DNA of 63,231 bases, the filler included, from Basidiobolus ranarum (taxonomy: Eukaryota), in NCBI GenBank assembly GCA_040143965.1. It is 25 parts of 25 records of this genome, joined end to end, with 100 filler letters (N's around TTAATTAATTAA, not from the genome) between each part and the next. Parts side by side here need not be neighbours in the genome. Positions count along the whole stretch, not along the records: positions 48,183 to 50,609 come from JASJQH010010226.1; positions 50,710 to 53,135 come from JASJQH010010227.1; positions 53,236 to 55,661 come from JASJQH010010228.1; positions 55,762 to 58,185 come from JASJQH010010229.1; positions 58,286 to 60,708 come from JASJQH010010230.1; 20 more parts are not named here. The stretch is one strand, 5' to 3'. Below the pieces are notes generated by a model. It did no database searches. It was not told where the DNA came from and worked only from the letters and a program-made list of their open reading frames with translations. A program made the translations under genes and the position numbers. How positions within the stretch are numbered: the first letter of the stretch is position 1; every line of letters starts with the position of its first letter. Of the stretch, positions 48,546 to 60,808 are shown piece after piece.

Positions 48546-49662
48546 AAAAAAGTGAACCTGATTCCTAATTTCAACTAATTTGTGAATATTATTGTGAGAA
48601 AAATTGATCCAAGAGTCACCATCCCAAGTAATCCCATAATTCAACATTTTCTCATTGATTGGTCAAAAACGAGTGGAGATTCTTTTAAGAAAATCAATTC
48701 TCAGTAGGAAACTTTTACCTGTTATTTTATAATAACAATTAGTTTTCTTATGATGTAAACCGGGTGTTATGACTAACTATTGATTAGAAAAACCCAGGTG
48801 TATTCGGATTGCAACCCGAATATCGCCGTTACTGATTTGAGAATCTCCATCCTTAAACTTTCGAAATCCAAAAATACCTTTAATGATAATATAATAACTG
48901 ATTATACACCATATTCAGTTTCAACAACTAAAATGAAGAAAGTAGACTCCATTCCTTTTCTAAGTTCCTTGAATTTAGGATTTTCTTGATCTGGTAAAGC
49001 TAGAATATTGCTTGGGACTACTATACGTGTACTATTATTGTTTAACTACATATCTTTGAGTAATAGTGAGAATATATGTATAAAATAAGCAGTAGTCGAG
49101 TCATAATTATTCATACTGTAATGAAGCACCTTTACTATTCATATATTGTTGTTACGAAAATCCATTGATAGTTGTTTTCAGCCTGAATAGAGGTCGAAAT
49201 GGAAAATATCATCCGTGTTTCGAAGTCCTATTTATAGCAGGCCTGGTGTTATCATTTACAATACACGTTTGATTGAATCTTGCGGAAATAGCCAGTAATC
49301 TTCGTTCGTAACTGTCATGGGAGACCTGATCGGTCGATGTCGAATTTCTAGTACATGAGTACTAATAGAGCTAAAAATGCAAGTTTAACTTTGAGGTTAC
49401 AGCTCTTTCAAAGCAATTGATGTCATCACTCTTATAATGTGGAGCTTGATCAACTACAATTTATTCATCTAAGCTCATAACAATCTATTCAGAGACAATG
49501 TTTTGATGTGGTACATATGAATTGATAACAAGGATACTCAGACTCAAGTATCTAAAAATATTCTCCCATCAAATCACTGATATAAAAGTATGTATAGAGA
49601 ACACTGATCACGACCTTCGAACCTTCACCAAGGTTTCAACCCCAGAGATGTCGCTTCCAAAA

Positions 49663-49735
49663 CGACCCAGGTGGGGGTCGAACCCACGACTTTCTCCTCC
49701 GGAGGGAGACACTCTTTCCACTGAGTTACAGGGCC
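49663..49735 (-). tRNA. tRNA-Arg(CCG)
   Basis: D-stem ACTC/GAGT, anticodon arm TCTCC-CTCCGGA-GGAGA, GGTTCGACC T-loop and TTTT terminator; one T-T mismatch in the acceptor stem. Confidence 0.88.
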
Positions 49736-49902
49736 TTTCGCCATTGTCTCCTTGTTAACAATAATCTCCAACGCATGTAACAAATGAAAGCTACTTGGAA
49801 ATTGCACTCACGTCTGTAAATCAATTCCAACGATTTTTTTATAATTGCTAATGTATCATAGAAAATTCATTGCTTACATAAAATAAAAGTAGCCTAAAGC
49901 CG

Positions 49903-49984
49903 TGATGAGAGTGGGGTCCGAAACCACGCTTCCGAAGAGACTGCGACCTGAACGCAGCACCTTGGACCGCTCGACCATCTCACC
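49903..49984 (-). tRNA. tRNA-Leu(CAG) variant, possibly a pseudogene
   Basis: Colinear with 27253-27334, but the T-arm/B-box reads GGTTTCGGACC instead of GGGTTCGAACC, with further substitutions. Confidence 0.8.
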
Positions 49985-50709
49985 AGTATTATCTTATTGA
50001 GCCTGGTTCCTGAGGTGAGTGCAATTTCGGGACTTGGTTCACTGATAAATTGACTGATTAACTTTATTTCGATTGTGCTAATTTTATAGGGTTATTCCTG
50101 CCGGATTTGGGAGTGTGCTAATTTCGAAACATGTATATAACACTGACAACCCGTTTCCGATTTGTTGTAATTTTTGTCTCCGCTGTTGATTCGTTTCGAA
50201 ATTTATACCTAGGCTAGAATAATAGTAGGGAATTATCTCCTTAAAGTTTAGTAATGACTCGTCCAGTAGTTCTGGAGATATATGCATTTATTTTACTGCT
50301 TTGATGATTGCGAGGAGTGTGTCGGTATTGCTATATATATTTATATACTGTCTACTAGGTTACTACTATCGTTATGAATGTAAACATGTCTAGGAATAGA
50401 TTTTTAAGGATTCCAAGCTTTACGTTCTACACGTGTAAAGCCCTTCATTACAACTTAATTTGATAGCTAATATGGTTGCCTATGAACCCACAAGCACTAA
50501 TAACTATACAGCGGAAACCAAAAGCTTGGGAGCATAAGCAGCAAACGAAAACAATAAGCCGGCAACCAATCCTGCGCAAGGAAGAGTTAAAATCCAGGAA
50601 AAGAAACACNNNNNNNNNNNNNNNNNNNNNNNNNNNNNNNNNNNNNNNNNNNNTTAATTAATTAANNNNNNNNNNNNNNNNNNNNNNNNNNNNNNNNNNN
50701 NNNNNNNNN

Positions 50710-50816
50710 AGTGATATTTGACTAAATAATGTTGACTAACTAATATGTGATATATGAAATAGTTAGGTGTATAAAGATAGGGATAACATATATGATAAAG
50801 ACAATAAACTTCAACA
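50710..50816 (-). mobile_element. LTR-A 5' fragment
   Basis: Matches 2212-2317. Confidence 0.75.
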
Positions 50817-51249
50817 AGCACAAGTTGTATCTTGAATTTCCATTCATGGAAATCCTCCCCATGAATATTGGAATATAAGTAATCGCCTTTTGGGAAGAAA
50901 ACTCTAATTCACTTGCTGCTACCATGTTGGAGGATCTTGACATAATGGGGGTAGACTTTGTGTATCAGAAGCAACTTATGAAAGTGTGTTTCAGTTAGTT
51001 TATTCTCAAGAGTATATGGTGACTTATATTGTGGAAAAGTAAATCAATTGTTTGAGATATTCAGGAGTTTGTGTAATAAGATATAATAGATAAGTGGGGG
51101 TAATAAGACATACTTGGTATATTGTTATAGAGATATTCCTATTTAGAATATAGGGGCTATAGATATGTTGCTTTTTGTTTCTGTTATATGTATCATAACT
51201 AAAGTTAACTATGATGTTGAATAAAGATTAATTATCCAACAGGTTCCCC

Positions 51250-52169
51250 TTGAAATCCCTGGTTACTTTAATATATTCTCCTGAATATCTTTGCAAAATT
51301 CTTCATTCCCAAGGTTTAGCACATATCCAGCACAAGTTTGTATCAATGTCCCCAGCTAAGCCCATCATTGTATTAATGTTGTTGGATCAGGATTCTTCCA
51401 GCTATCCGGCAGATACCCTGTAATATTGTGCCACTCTGTTCTATGTTCTTCCCATATATCTGCATGGTCAATACTAGACTGAATGTCAACTTGAATGTAC
51501 TTCTTCCAAAGCCATTTTCTGTGCACTTGCACCACATGTTTTCCATCATACTCTAGAAAATTCTCCTCAGGCACTTTTACCATTTTGATATGTCCTTGTA
51601 GCTTCCAAACACTGTATTAATTGCAATATTGTGGAGTTATTGCTTTTCATGGCCTGTATAGCAGCTTTGTAGTTTTGTACTTATCCTTGCATACATATCA
51701 TTATAGTGTTCTTCCTGAGATTCCCTTGTTGTAATAATTCCATCCAAATTTTCCACTAGGTGTTGTTCAATGCTTGGCTAAGTAGCCATTTTGAAAGTTG
51801 ATGCTGTTGACTATGTTTCCTTTGAACTTTGCTCAACTATTGATAAGCTACATAATTGGGGGATTACCATCTGCTTTACAAAAATAAAATCAATTTGATC
51901 CGGATCAAACCCACCCTCCTGATTTTCAAAACTGTTAGAGAATCATCACAATATTGGTGGCTTGCATTCTGCCAGGGATTTTGATGGTGTGCTGGTGGTT
52001 TCTTGATGGTTTTTTGATAATATTCATACATGTTAAGTATCAATCCTTATATATGGCATGCATTATATGATATCTGGCAATTTTTGCAAAAATCTAATTT
52101 TCAAATGGTAAATTACTGGGTGTATTGCTGTAAGAATTTGATTTAATATGCATTTCTTTATTTATATAT
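51250..52169 (-). mobile_element. CACTA-like fragments
   Basis: Homologous to 47640-47985, 35740-36000 and 625-910. Confidence 0.7.
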
Positions 52170-53135
52170 TGTCATGATTTGGATCTCAGCATACTGATCC
52201 ACTTCAAATAGAACTCCTCTATTATTAGATTAGGACATCATATCTGCTGTGCCATCCCTTCTTGGCAATCTTGTGTTAGTTCATCCAAGTTACCTTATAT
52301 AAAGTCTTGATATTTGGAACATTCTATGAAGCCTAACCAAGCATGTCATCCCACACATAGTGTATTTCCACCAAGACCTTCCATTGAAGGTCACCTGATC
52401 ATCCTTACATCATCCCTCTTTGTATTGGTCCTTGTAGTCCCCAACACCCTGACACTTGAACTTGCCACAATATATTCCCTATTCAGTATATTATGTTTCA
52501 CCCTGCAATACCTATATAAGCTCCATGTATTCCTTGATTGGACCTCAGTCTGAACAATGCCAGTTATCAATAAAGATTCTGGCGAAAGTATCTTCCTTGT
52601 CCAGTCTTGTCTTTTCTTGTGGTCTGCACTCAAGTACTCTCCTGCTTTCTAGCCTCTTGTTGTTGTTCCCAGTCCTTGTCCAGTTCCTTATTTTGACAGT
52701 TTGATCATACTACTTATACTTGCCTGTATACTTCTCTCCATCCCTGTTCTCCAACCTTGAAACCCCCCAAGTTTGGCTTCCCTCTTATTCCACATCTTAC
52801 CCAAGCTTCCCTGCTAAGGCAAAGGTACCTTCCACCTTTGGATAATTGCTCTAAGTGCATCCCTGACAAGACACTACTGGTTGAGTTTAAAGTTGCTTTT
52901 GCTCAAAGAAGCTTTAGTACTTGATCAAGATCAAAGGACATTGATAGCAGCATATTCTTTTGTCAAGGTGCTGATCATTTCTTCAACAGAAAGTGGGACA
53001 TTGCATTGTGATTATCATTCCTAGGGAAACTTGTGGTTTTTAAAAACTTCCCCCCCTAACATAGTAAGTATTATGTCTACACCAGCCCCCACAATGGAAG
53101 ATCTTATGCAAGCTCTTACTCAGCTTCAGCAAGAA
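52170..53135 (+). mobile_element. Ty3/Gypsy 5' LTR (52170-52868, LTR-C), leader and probable gag start
   Basis: TGTCA...TGACA termini, TATATAA at ~52513 and AATAAA at ~52569; an ORF MEDLMQALTQLQQE starts at the contig end. Confidence 0.75.
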
Positions 53136-53235
53136 NNNNNNNNNNNNNNNNNNNNNNNNNNNNNNNNNNNNNNNNNNNNTTAATTAATTAANNNNNNNNN
53201 NNNNNNNNNNNNNNNNNNNNNNNNNNNNNNNNNNN

Positions 53236-55661
53236 ATATGATGGATAGTATCAAAATAGGATGACTCTTATACCATTCAGAAGGATGAAGACTTAAGTTG
53301 CTTAAAATTATTGGCCAACAAGCCTTTACAATGGTATATTTGTTTAGCAAGAAACTATCCAGAGCCAATGCAAATGCATGATCATACGTGCTCGCAAAGA
53401 AGCCTTGACTTTTCAGATTCTGGCAGTGATATCCATCAAATATATTTGTAATACAATCAGCTTTACGGTGAGTACTTTGGTATTGGATCAATGATCTATA
53501 TTTGTGTGATTTTATTGAAACTTTAAGATGGGGAATCAAAGGCATGTAAGCCAAATATGAACAGTATTTGCCTGATTCATTGATCGTCAATTGTGTACAA
53601 ACAGTAAATGACTTCAGGTTTTTCAGATCACCAATGAAAGCCAAACAACCATTAGAACATGAAGGTAGTTTAATTACTGAAGGATTATGAGTCATACAAT
53701 CAACCAAAGTTGCACTTCTATCAGCATCATTCTGGTCATTTAACTATGGTAGCTTCACAATATCTTGACTTTTGGCAGTTTTACCAAAATTTTGAGGCAA
53801 AGTATGGTCAGTGAACCCAGTGAGCAAAACTAAAGTCAAATTTGTGCACTTATTACTGTTGATATTCACCAGGCTTTGTGCAGCTGGTGGCCTTGTACAG
53901 TGACCATACTTGTGATAATTATTTCTATAAGCCTATGGCTTTCATAGCACAAGAATTTGTGACAATGATAGCAGGGCTACTTTAAACATTTATGTTGTGG
54001 AATGATAAGGATATTGTGGAAAAAAGAACTCCTCCTATTTAAGGGTGGTATTTTAGGTATAGCCTATCAATATCATCAGCTGATTGTGAGATGGTGTCAC
54101 AGATGAGTTATCAGGGGATTTACAAGATATATCTGGTGATGGATGGCAATTCTGGTTTATTGAGAGCTGTTTCTAAGAACTTTGGTTGCACCAAGTTTAC
54201 CATCTAAAATTTCAATGCGATTATGAAAGTATCAGTATCTAAGTTAAAATTGGCTTCCAAGCCAAAGCCTGCTGGCACAAAAGGAAAAAAACCAGCAAGA
54301 ATAGAGAATTTAATTGATGAGCAGTTTAGCAATCCACTATCCACTTTTGAAGGAATTAACATGCCAGAAACTAATTCAAGTAATGATGAAGCATTAATCA
54401 ATTTACCAGATGTGTTCCTTTCCAGCAATAGTGCAAGTGAAGAGATTGTAATCCCTTAATTATGTAATAAATCAATTGTTGAGCAAAGTTCAACCAAAAC
54501 ACCTTCAAGTCCATCAACTTCCAAAATGGCTACTTTGCCCACTAATGAACAACCCTCTGTAGAAAACTGGATAGAATTATTACAGCAAGGGAAATGCAGG
54601 AAGAACACCATAATGATTTGTATGCAATCATGAGTAAAAACTACAAAGTTGCTATACAGGCCATGACAAGTTATAATGCCGCAATATCACAATTGATGCA
54701 GCATTTGGGAGCAACTAGTCAACAGTTACAGAGTCACTCAACAATGATACAAGACCTGCAGAATGCTGTACTTGAGATACAGCAACATGCTGCTCCCTCT
54801 GTCCATTCTTATATGGGATTTCAATCAATCCCATACCATACATACAAACATCACCATGACAATCTAGCAGAGCAAAATATGTGTTGGACCTTTAAGCCTA
54901 AAAAATGACCTGAAATTGCTTGAGCACATGAAAGTAGAAATCTGATAAGAAAACCAGCAAATTAAAAGACTCTGAATGTCAGAGCTGCTGTCACTTGCTC
55001 TGATGATGAGTGGTTTAACAATTTAGAAACTGAGCAGAATCTTGCCCAAAATCACCTGGATTTGAGCCTATTGTGAAATAACCAAAAATCAAGCATTACT
55101 TTGAAGGTTCTTGATTTGTTTCATGTTGCTTATCCTGGGTTTTTGTAAGCAAATGTTAATTGGGCTAGTATAGGCCAATTCATGAAACATCTCAACAATG
55201 TACGCAATTATCAACTAGGAAAAGATAGAAAAGCAGCTAAAAAAATACTTGAGGAGCAGGAAGTTAGTACAACCAAAGGAAAAGCAAAGGTGCCAGTGAG
55301 TTTAGGCTCTACTGTCCCACTTACCAAATTCTTCATACCATTACAAAGATCTGCATTTCCAGAGTCAGATATACTGGCAAAAAAGCTTAATTTCACCATG
55401 GAACCAGGTACACCAGTTGGAAGAGTGCTAAATTTGGAAGTTTATCCAACACCTGGCACCTCTCAACAAGCCAAAACACCAGCAAATAAAACTCACAGCT
55501 CTCCAACCTCAACTGGTACTTTTCAAAGTGTTGAAATTAGCCCCAAAGTTAAAGGCAAGCAAAAAGCCACACAAACACCACAAAGCACCCTCAGTAGTGT
55601 CACACTACAAGGATGTACAAAATAGTCAAAGTGCTTGAGGAGTATTTTCAAAAGTATGAAG
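53236..55661. mobile_element. CACTA-like element: Tnp2 on minus, second ORF on plus
   Basis: HAFALALDSF...CWPIILSNLSLHP on minus; ORF pieces 54223-55625 on plus. Confidence 0.85.
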
Positions 55662-56279
55662 NNNNNNNNNNNNNNNNNNNNNNNNNNNNNNNNNNNNNNN
55701 NNNNNTTAATTAATTAANNNNNNNNNNNNNNNNNNNNNNNNNNNNNNNNNNNNNNNNNNNNAAGCTGTTTCTTAATGTTGCAAATTGGCCCTTAGCTAAA
55801 AATTTAGTTAAAATGTTTATTACCTTCCTTTCTGCTTATCACCTCTGCCCCTTAACACTATATTTACATCCTCTGAACTTGATTATATTGGGCATCAAGT
55901 TAAGTATGGATAAGATCCAGTATGGTCGCAATATCCTAAAAGATTAATGTCTTGATTTTCACTATGTTTAGATTAGGATTTAAGCTAAATAAAATCCACA
56001 CCATATGGTGCTTTTCATCCCCCCAATGGCAGTAGTATCTTCAGAAACACACTGCCTTTATGCTTTATGTTAATCCTAGCCTCATTCCACTCATTTCTAT
56101 TGTTGAGAAACCACTTATACCTTTATTAGTCCCTCCCACCCCATTTAATAGTATCTTAGACTCTACTGACTTAACTTTTCTGCTTTGTAACATTCATACC
56201 AATAATGCAGAGCTTCACACTTAAATTAAGAAACTACAAAAGTAGTTATGGCTTCTTTGTTTTTTTGAAATAACAATTT

Positions 56280-56900
56280 CACCTGTTGGTGACTGTCTCT
56301 CCCTTGTATAACTTGAGATAAACAAAGATTACACCTTGTGGTGTTTTTCATCCACCTAACCCTAAGCTGGCCTCATCAAACTGGGACTGTATGGCTCCCA
56401 CCTCAAAGTCAGATGCATTAGTTTCAATAATGAAAGGTTGGTCTAGATTGTTGTGCTCCAGAATTAGGGTGGAGATAAAAAGATTTTCTAAAGGTTTGAG
56501 TAACTAATGCTATTATGTGATCCAGTATGAAAGGGAATTTTTTTGGTGAGATTAGTTGGTGGAGCCAATATATTTCAGTAACTGTTGGCAAATCTTGAAT
56601 AAAAAATAGACAATCCAAGGAATGATTGAATATATTTTTCTATTATGAGGGTATTCCAAGACAGGCCTTATTCCCTCTTCTTGGATCAATACAGATTCCA
56701 TTTCAGTTCTGGTTGAGTTAGCTCATGTGTAGGCCCAAAGAGAGGTTGCTTTCCATCCTGAAGATCAAGAGGGCAATCACTAGGATAATAAACTGAGGAA
56801 ATGTTGGATTTCTTCTTTTCAAAGACATCACTAAGCATCTGATAATTTGCTGCAATTGCTGAGATTAGATGTTTAGAATACTTCATTTGCACACCTCATT
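56280..56900 (-). mobile_element. Ty3/Gypsy (Tf2-type) pol remnant
   Basis: SDVFEKKKS...DCPLDLQDGKQPLFGPTHELTQPELK, and an RNase H-like FIIETNASDFEVGAI. Confidence 0.75.
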
Positions 56901-58285
56901 AATTGGTGATATGGCTTTCATGGTGGATTTTAACATTTTAGCAGGTGAGAAGAGTGGCCCAGAATAGTTTGGCAAGCCTGGACTAAGCTTTGTAGATTTC
57001 TTCAAGATTATCTTCTTGCTTTACTTGATTTTTGGAGTATATTGCATGAGCCATAAGATAACAAGGATAACAGGATCAGGGAATTAAGTAATGATATTTC
57101 AGGCTATCTCTTCCTAGTAAGCATTGGACATGAGTGTCATTTGTGTTGTCTCATGTGTTTTGGCACCTGATGATAGTGTTCTTCCACTGACTACCCTAGC
57201 TAAGTACTGAGCTATATATGACTGCAATAATGTTCAAGCTAGGTATTATTAACAGGCTATTTACATTTTCAATAGTTGTTACACCCTCTTTTATTTTTCA
57301 TCCCCCAAACCCTAGATAAAGTACAATATATTGACCTTTTCCCAGTGATAGGGCCAGATTGTACTATATGTATCATATCAGATAAAGTATTCTAAAATTT
57401 ATGTGGCACAATTTGGCACTATCCAGCACTCTCTGGCATGATCAATTTCAATTACAGTAACACTAATGTATTGAGCCAAAGTCTGATAAATCCAGGCACA
57501 ATGGAACAAGTCCAACATTGAGAGACCAAGGAGTGCTGTCAGTATGACAATCATTGCATCCTAACAATAGTATCAGCATGGAGTCCCATCTGTTCCTAAG
57601 TCAATTCTATGAGATAGTATTGCTGATCTGGCAGTGATGAGTCTGGTTGGTGAATTGATAGATTCCGATGAAAACCCCTCTGAAATTCAGAAACCCAGAC
57701 ATGCCATCTATGGGTTGAACTAACCCAACAATGAAATTCAATTACTCAAGGAGGACATGTGGAGTGCAAATGAGAAGCCAGTAGAGGTCATGAGGAGTGC
57801 TAACTAGGAGTCAGTAGTATGTAATATTAGAAAAAATCCCCAAGAAGAATCGGTGAGAAATCTATGGTGAATTGGGCCAAATGTCACCCAGCTGATTTTT
57901 AGGAGGAAATGGAATTTAATAAAATGACCATAGCAACACTAATCTGGAAATTGGTTCGGTTGTTTTGGTTAGGGTTAGGACCATACCAAGCAGATCAATA
58001 TCAACAACTCTTAGGGTTAGGTTTAATAGTCTTTCTTTTCTTTTGATCCCGATTGATATACTTCACAAGGGGTCACAACCCCTACGCATAATTTCCATCA
58101 ATGGCAGATTAGAATTCAGCAGAATAGATAAAGCTAGGACACAAAAAAAGGTATATCACCTGATGGAAAAGTAGTGGGAAGATGTNNNNNNNNNNNNNNN
58201 NNNNNNNNNNNNNNNNNNNNNNNNNNNNNTTAATTAATTAANNNNNNNNNNNNNNNNNNNNNNNNNNNNNNNNNNNNNNNNNNNN

Positions 58286-58866
58286 ATATTAGGATTACTA
58301 ACACTGTTAGTTTGGTTTTGCGGCCCACCCACTTGTGAAGTACTCGATTGTTGATTTTGTACACCGACAGGTAGATTTTGGCCAGGTTGTTGCGCTGGTT
58401 GACCCAAAGATTTCTGCATTTGTGGTTGACCAAATTGAATCCTTTGAGCTTTTAAATTTTGAGCCTAAGAATAAAATCTCAATATAAATCTACATAATAA
58501 AGATGATATTCTACTCTAACATAATTGAATCTAAATTTACTTACTTCTACAAAAGATTGTGCATCTTTACTTCCAGTTTTATTTGTTCTTGCTGAGAATA
58601 TGTCCCAAAAAACCACCCACCACTCGTATAAGAAGCCATTGGGTGAGTCAATAGGAACTTGTGAGTCACGTGCGACTTGCGCTTCGTTCATGAAGGCCTG
58701 GGCGGCATTAGTCCAATTCCGTTTTACACAATAGTCGTAGATATAAATGTTTAACCTATCACGAAGTTAAAACGCGTCAGGATACTACTATCAAATAGTC
58801 ATGGAACTTTAGAATACTCTACATTTTATCACCTTCCCAGACGTTTTTGATTGGGGATTGAGCCAT
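58286..58866 (-). CDS. LisH/LUFS-domain transcriptional regulator (Flo8/Adn2/SSDP-like), 3'-partial, 3 exons visible
   Basis: WEGDKM|LNIYIYDYCVKRNW..AAQAF...IDSPNGFLYEWWVVFWDIFSAR followed by a Q-rich region. Confidence 0.88.
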
Positions 58867-60327
58867 GTTTATCAAGTTGTAGTGTGTGAGAATGGCTGTA
58901 TCTGAATATAGAAGTCGCGCAGTATCAAACGGCTAAAGAGGAATTACTATGATTCCTGGAGTTCACGAAAGACTTATATTCTGAGTCTATATTAGCTAGT
59001 TTGACTGGTCAAAGTAGGTCGATCCTTTCTTATAGTGTTTAGAAAAATGTTAAACAAGAGACTCAAGAAATTATATCACAACTATATAACTTACCTTTGT
59101 GGGAGAAAGCAAGTGACAAAAAATGAAGAATTAGTGACGATGTGGGTTCGTTTGACGTTCTTATGGTGATTGCTATATAGTCTTAATATCGAACTGAATG
59201 AGAGGTTATTGCGATATAAAGGTACTGTATGTTTACGAGTTAGATCTAAACCTGTAAGGCCAAATTGACTATTGAACTGTGTATAACGTTCTTGGGTATA
59301 CACGCTAACAGACAAAGGCAATCCCGAATAATTCGAAGGAAGAGTCAATCGGATTTCCGTCCAATACTGATAATTATTTGGGAAAATTGGTTTCTGCTTC
59401 CGCAATGATGATTGGTTCACTGATTTCAATGTGTACTATTAGTGGATAGACGTTTATAGCCCATTACAGATCGATTTCGAACTCGGTTGATAAGGGCCTA
59501 CTATTTATCTAATCGCCGTCGTTGACACATACAAATAGAATACTGTTCATTATAAGTGCCTCTGAAAGCCACTCGCATCCTGACGTTACAGATGATGGTA
59601 GTTTAGAACAGAAATGCTTCGAAATAAAAAATAACTTCCTCCTTGTAGCCAACAAACTAATTTAGGAATAGCCCTACGCTACACACATAGAGAAGAGCAG
59701 CATACCATACATATCTATATACGAGTATCACACGATTATTAAAGTTATACTTTGCCCAAATGTCAAACATACTCGGCCTTGGAATCTTGAAAAGGCCCCC
59801 TAAACCGGGTGAAGTAAAAAAATGATCAATACACATCGCGTAACACGATGATTCGATTGCCCAGAATGCTCCCAGCTAGATTCCTTGTTCTAGAATAAGC
59901 ATTAAATTGGGAATTTATAACTGAACATAACAAATCTCCAGCTCCATTAAATCGCCCCCAACAAATCTGAACCAGATATATCCTCCTTTATGCTAACTTC
60001 AACCCCACTGATATTAAGTTTACTGCTTAGCCCGTAACTATTGGTCACTAATTACTGACTACGAAGTCAATTCCTGAAACCCAGCCATCATAGGAACTAC
60101 AAATGTGTTTACTTGTTTGTGGAGATGATCGATGCTTGAAAAAGGTAGGGATTATGAAGTTGGCACCTCAGGTAATAGAAAGAAAATGCTTTATGCTTTC
60201 ACGAATACAATGAATGTTACCATGTGATATACTTTCCCTTTTCAACAATACAACCATGTTTTAGGCTAACAGTGAAAGGAATAAAATGCAGTAATAAAGG
60301 GCGGTATGGAAGTGGTGTTATGAGTGA

Positions 60328-60708
60328 TTAGACGAAAGATTTGACAAATTCGGGGATGACAGTACGAAGTTTCTTCTCAGTTTGTTCAGTGATTTGACCT
60401 TCACTCTTGATAGCCTCAAGAATATCAGAGTGGTTGGAGGTCATGTGAGGAAGGAAAGCACTTTCAAACTCGACAATACGCTTGACCTCAACCTTATCTA
60501 AGAAACCGTTGACACCAGCAAATATAATAGCGACTTGTTGCTCAACTGGCAATGGTCTATATTGAGGTTGCTTCAACAATTCAGTCAAACGAGCACCACG
60601 ATTAAGCAAGAATTTCGTGGAAGAACCTAAATCAGATCCGAATTGGGAAAAGGCGGCGACTTCACGGTATTGTGCCAAGAAAAGTTTAAGAGAACCAGCA
60701 ACTTGCTT
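60328..60708 (-). CDS. ATP1: F1 ATP synthase alpha subunit, C-terminal part
   Basis: KQVAGSLKLFLAQYREVAAFSQFGSDL...RGARLTELLKQPQY...IFAGVNGFLD. Confidence 0.95.
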   Translation of the reverse strand, partial: KQVAGSLKLFLAQYREVAAFSQFGSDLGSSTKFLLNRGARLTELLKQPQYRPLPVEQQVAIIFAGVNGFLDKVEVKRIVEFESAFLPHMTSNHSDILEAIKSEGQITEQTEKKLRTVIPEFVKSFV

Positions 60709-60808
60709 NNNNNNNNNNNNNNNNNNNNNNNNNNNNNNNNNNNNNNNNNNNNTTAATTAATTAANNNNNNNNNNNNNNNNNNNNNNNNNNNNNNNNNNNN
60801 NNNNNNNN

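Noticed and set aside
50570-50586. CCTGCGCAAGGA resembling the U6 snRNA stem-loop
   Set aside because: No ACAGAGA box or other U6 sequence nearby.
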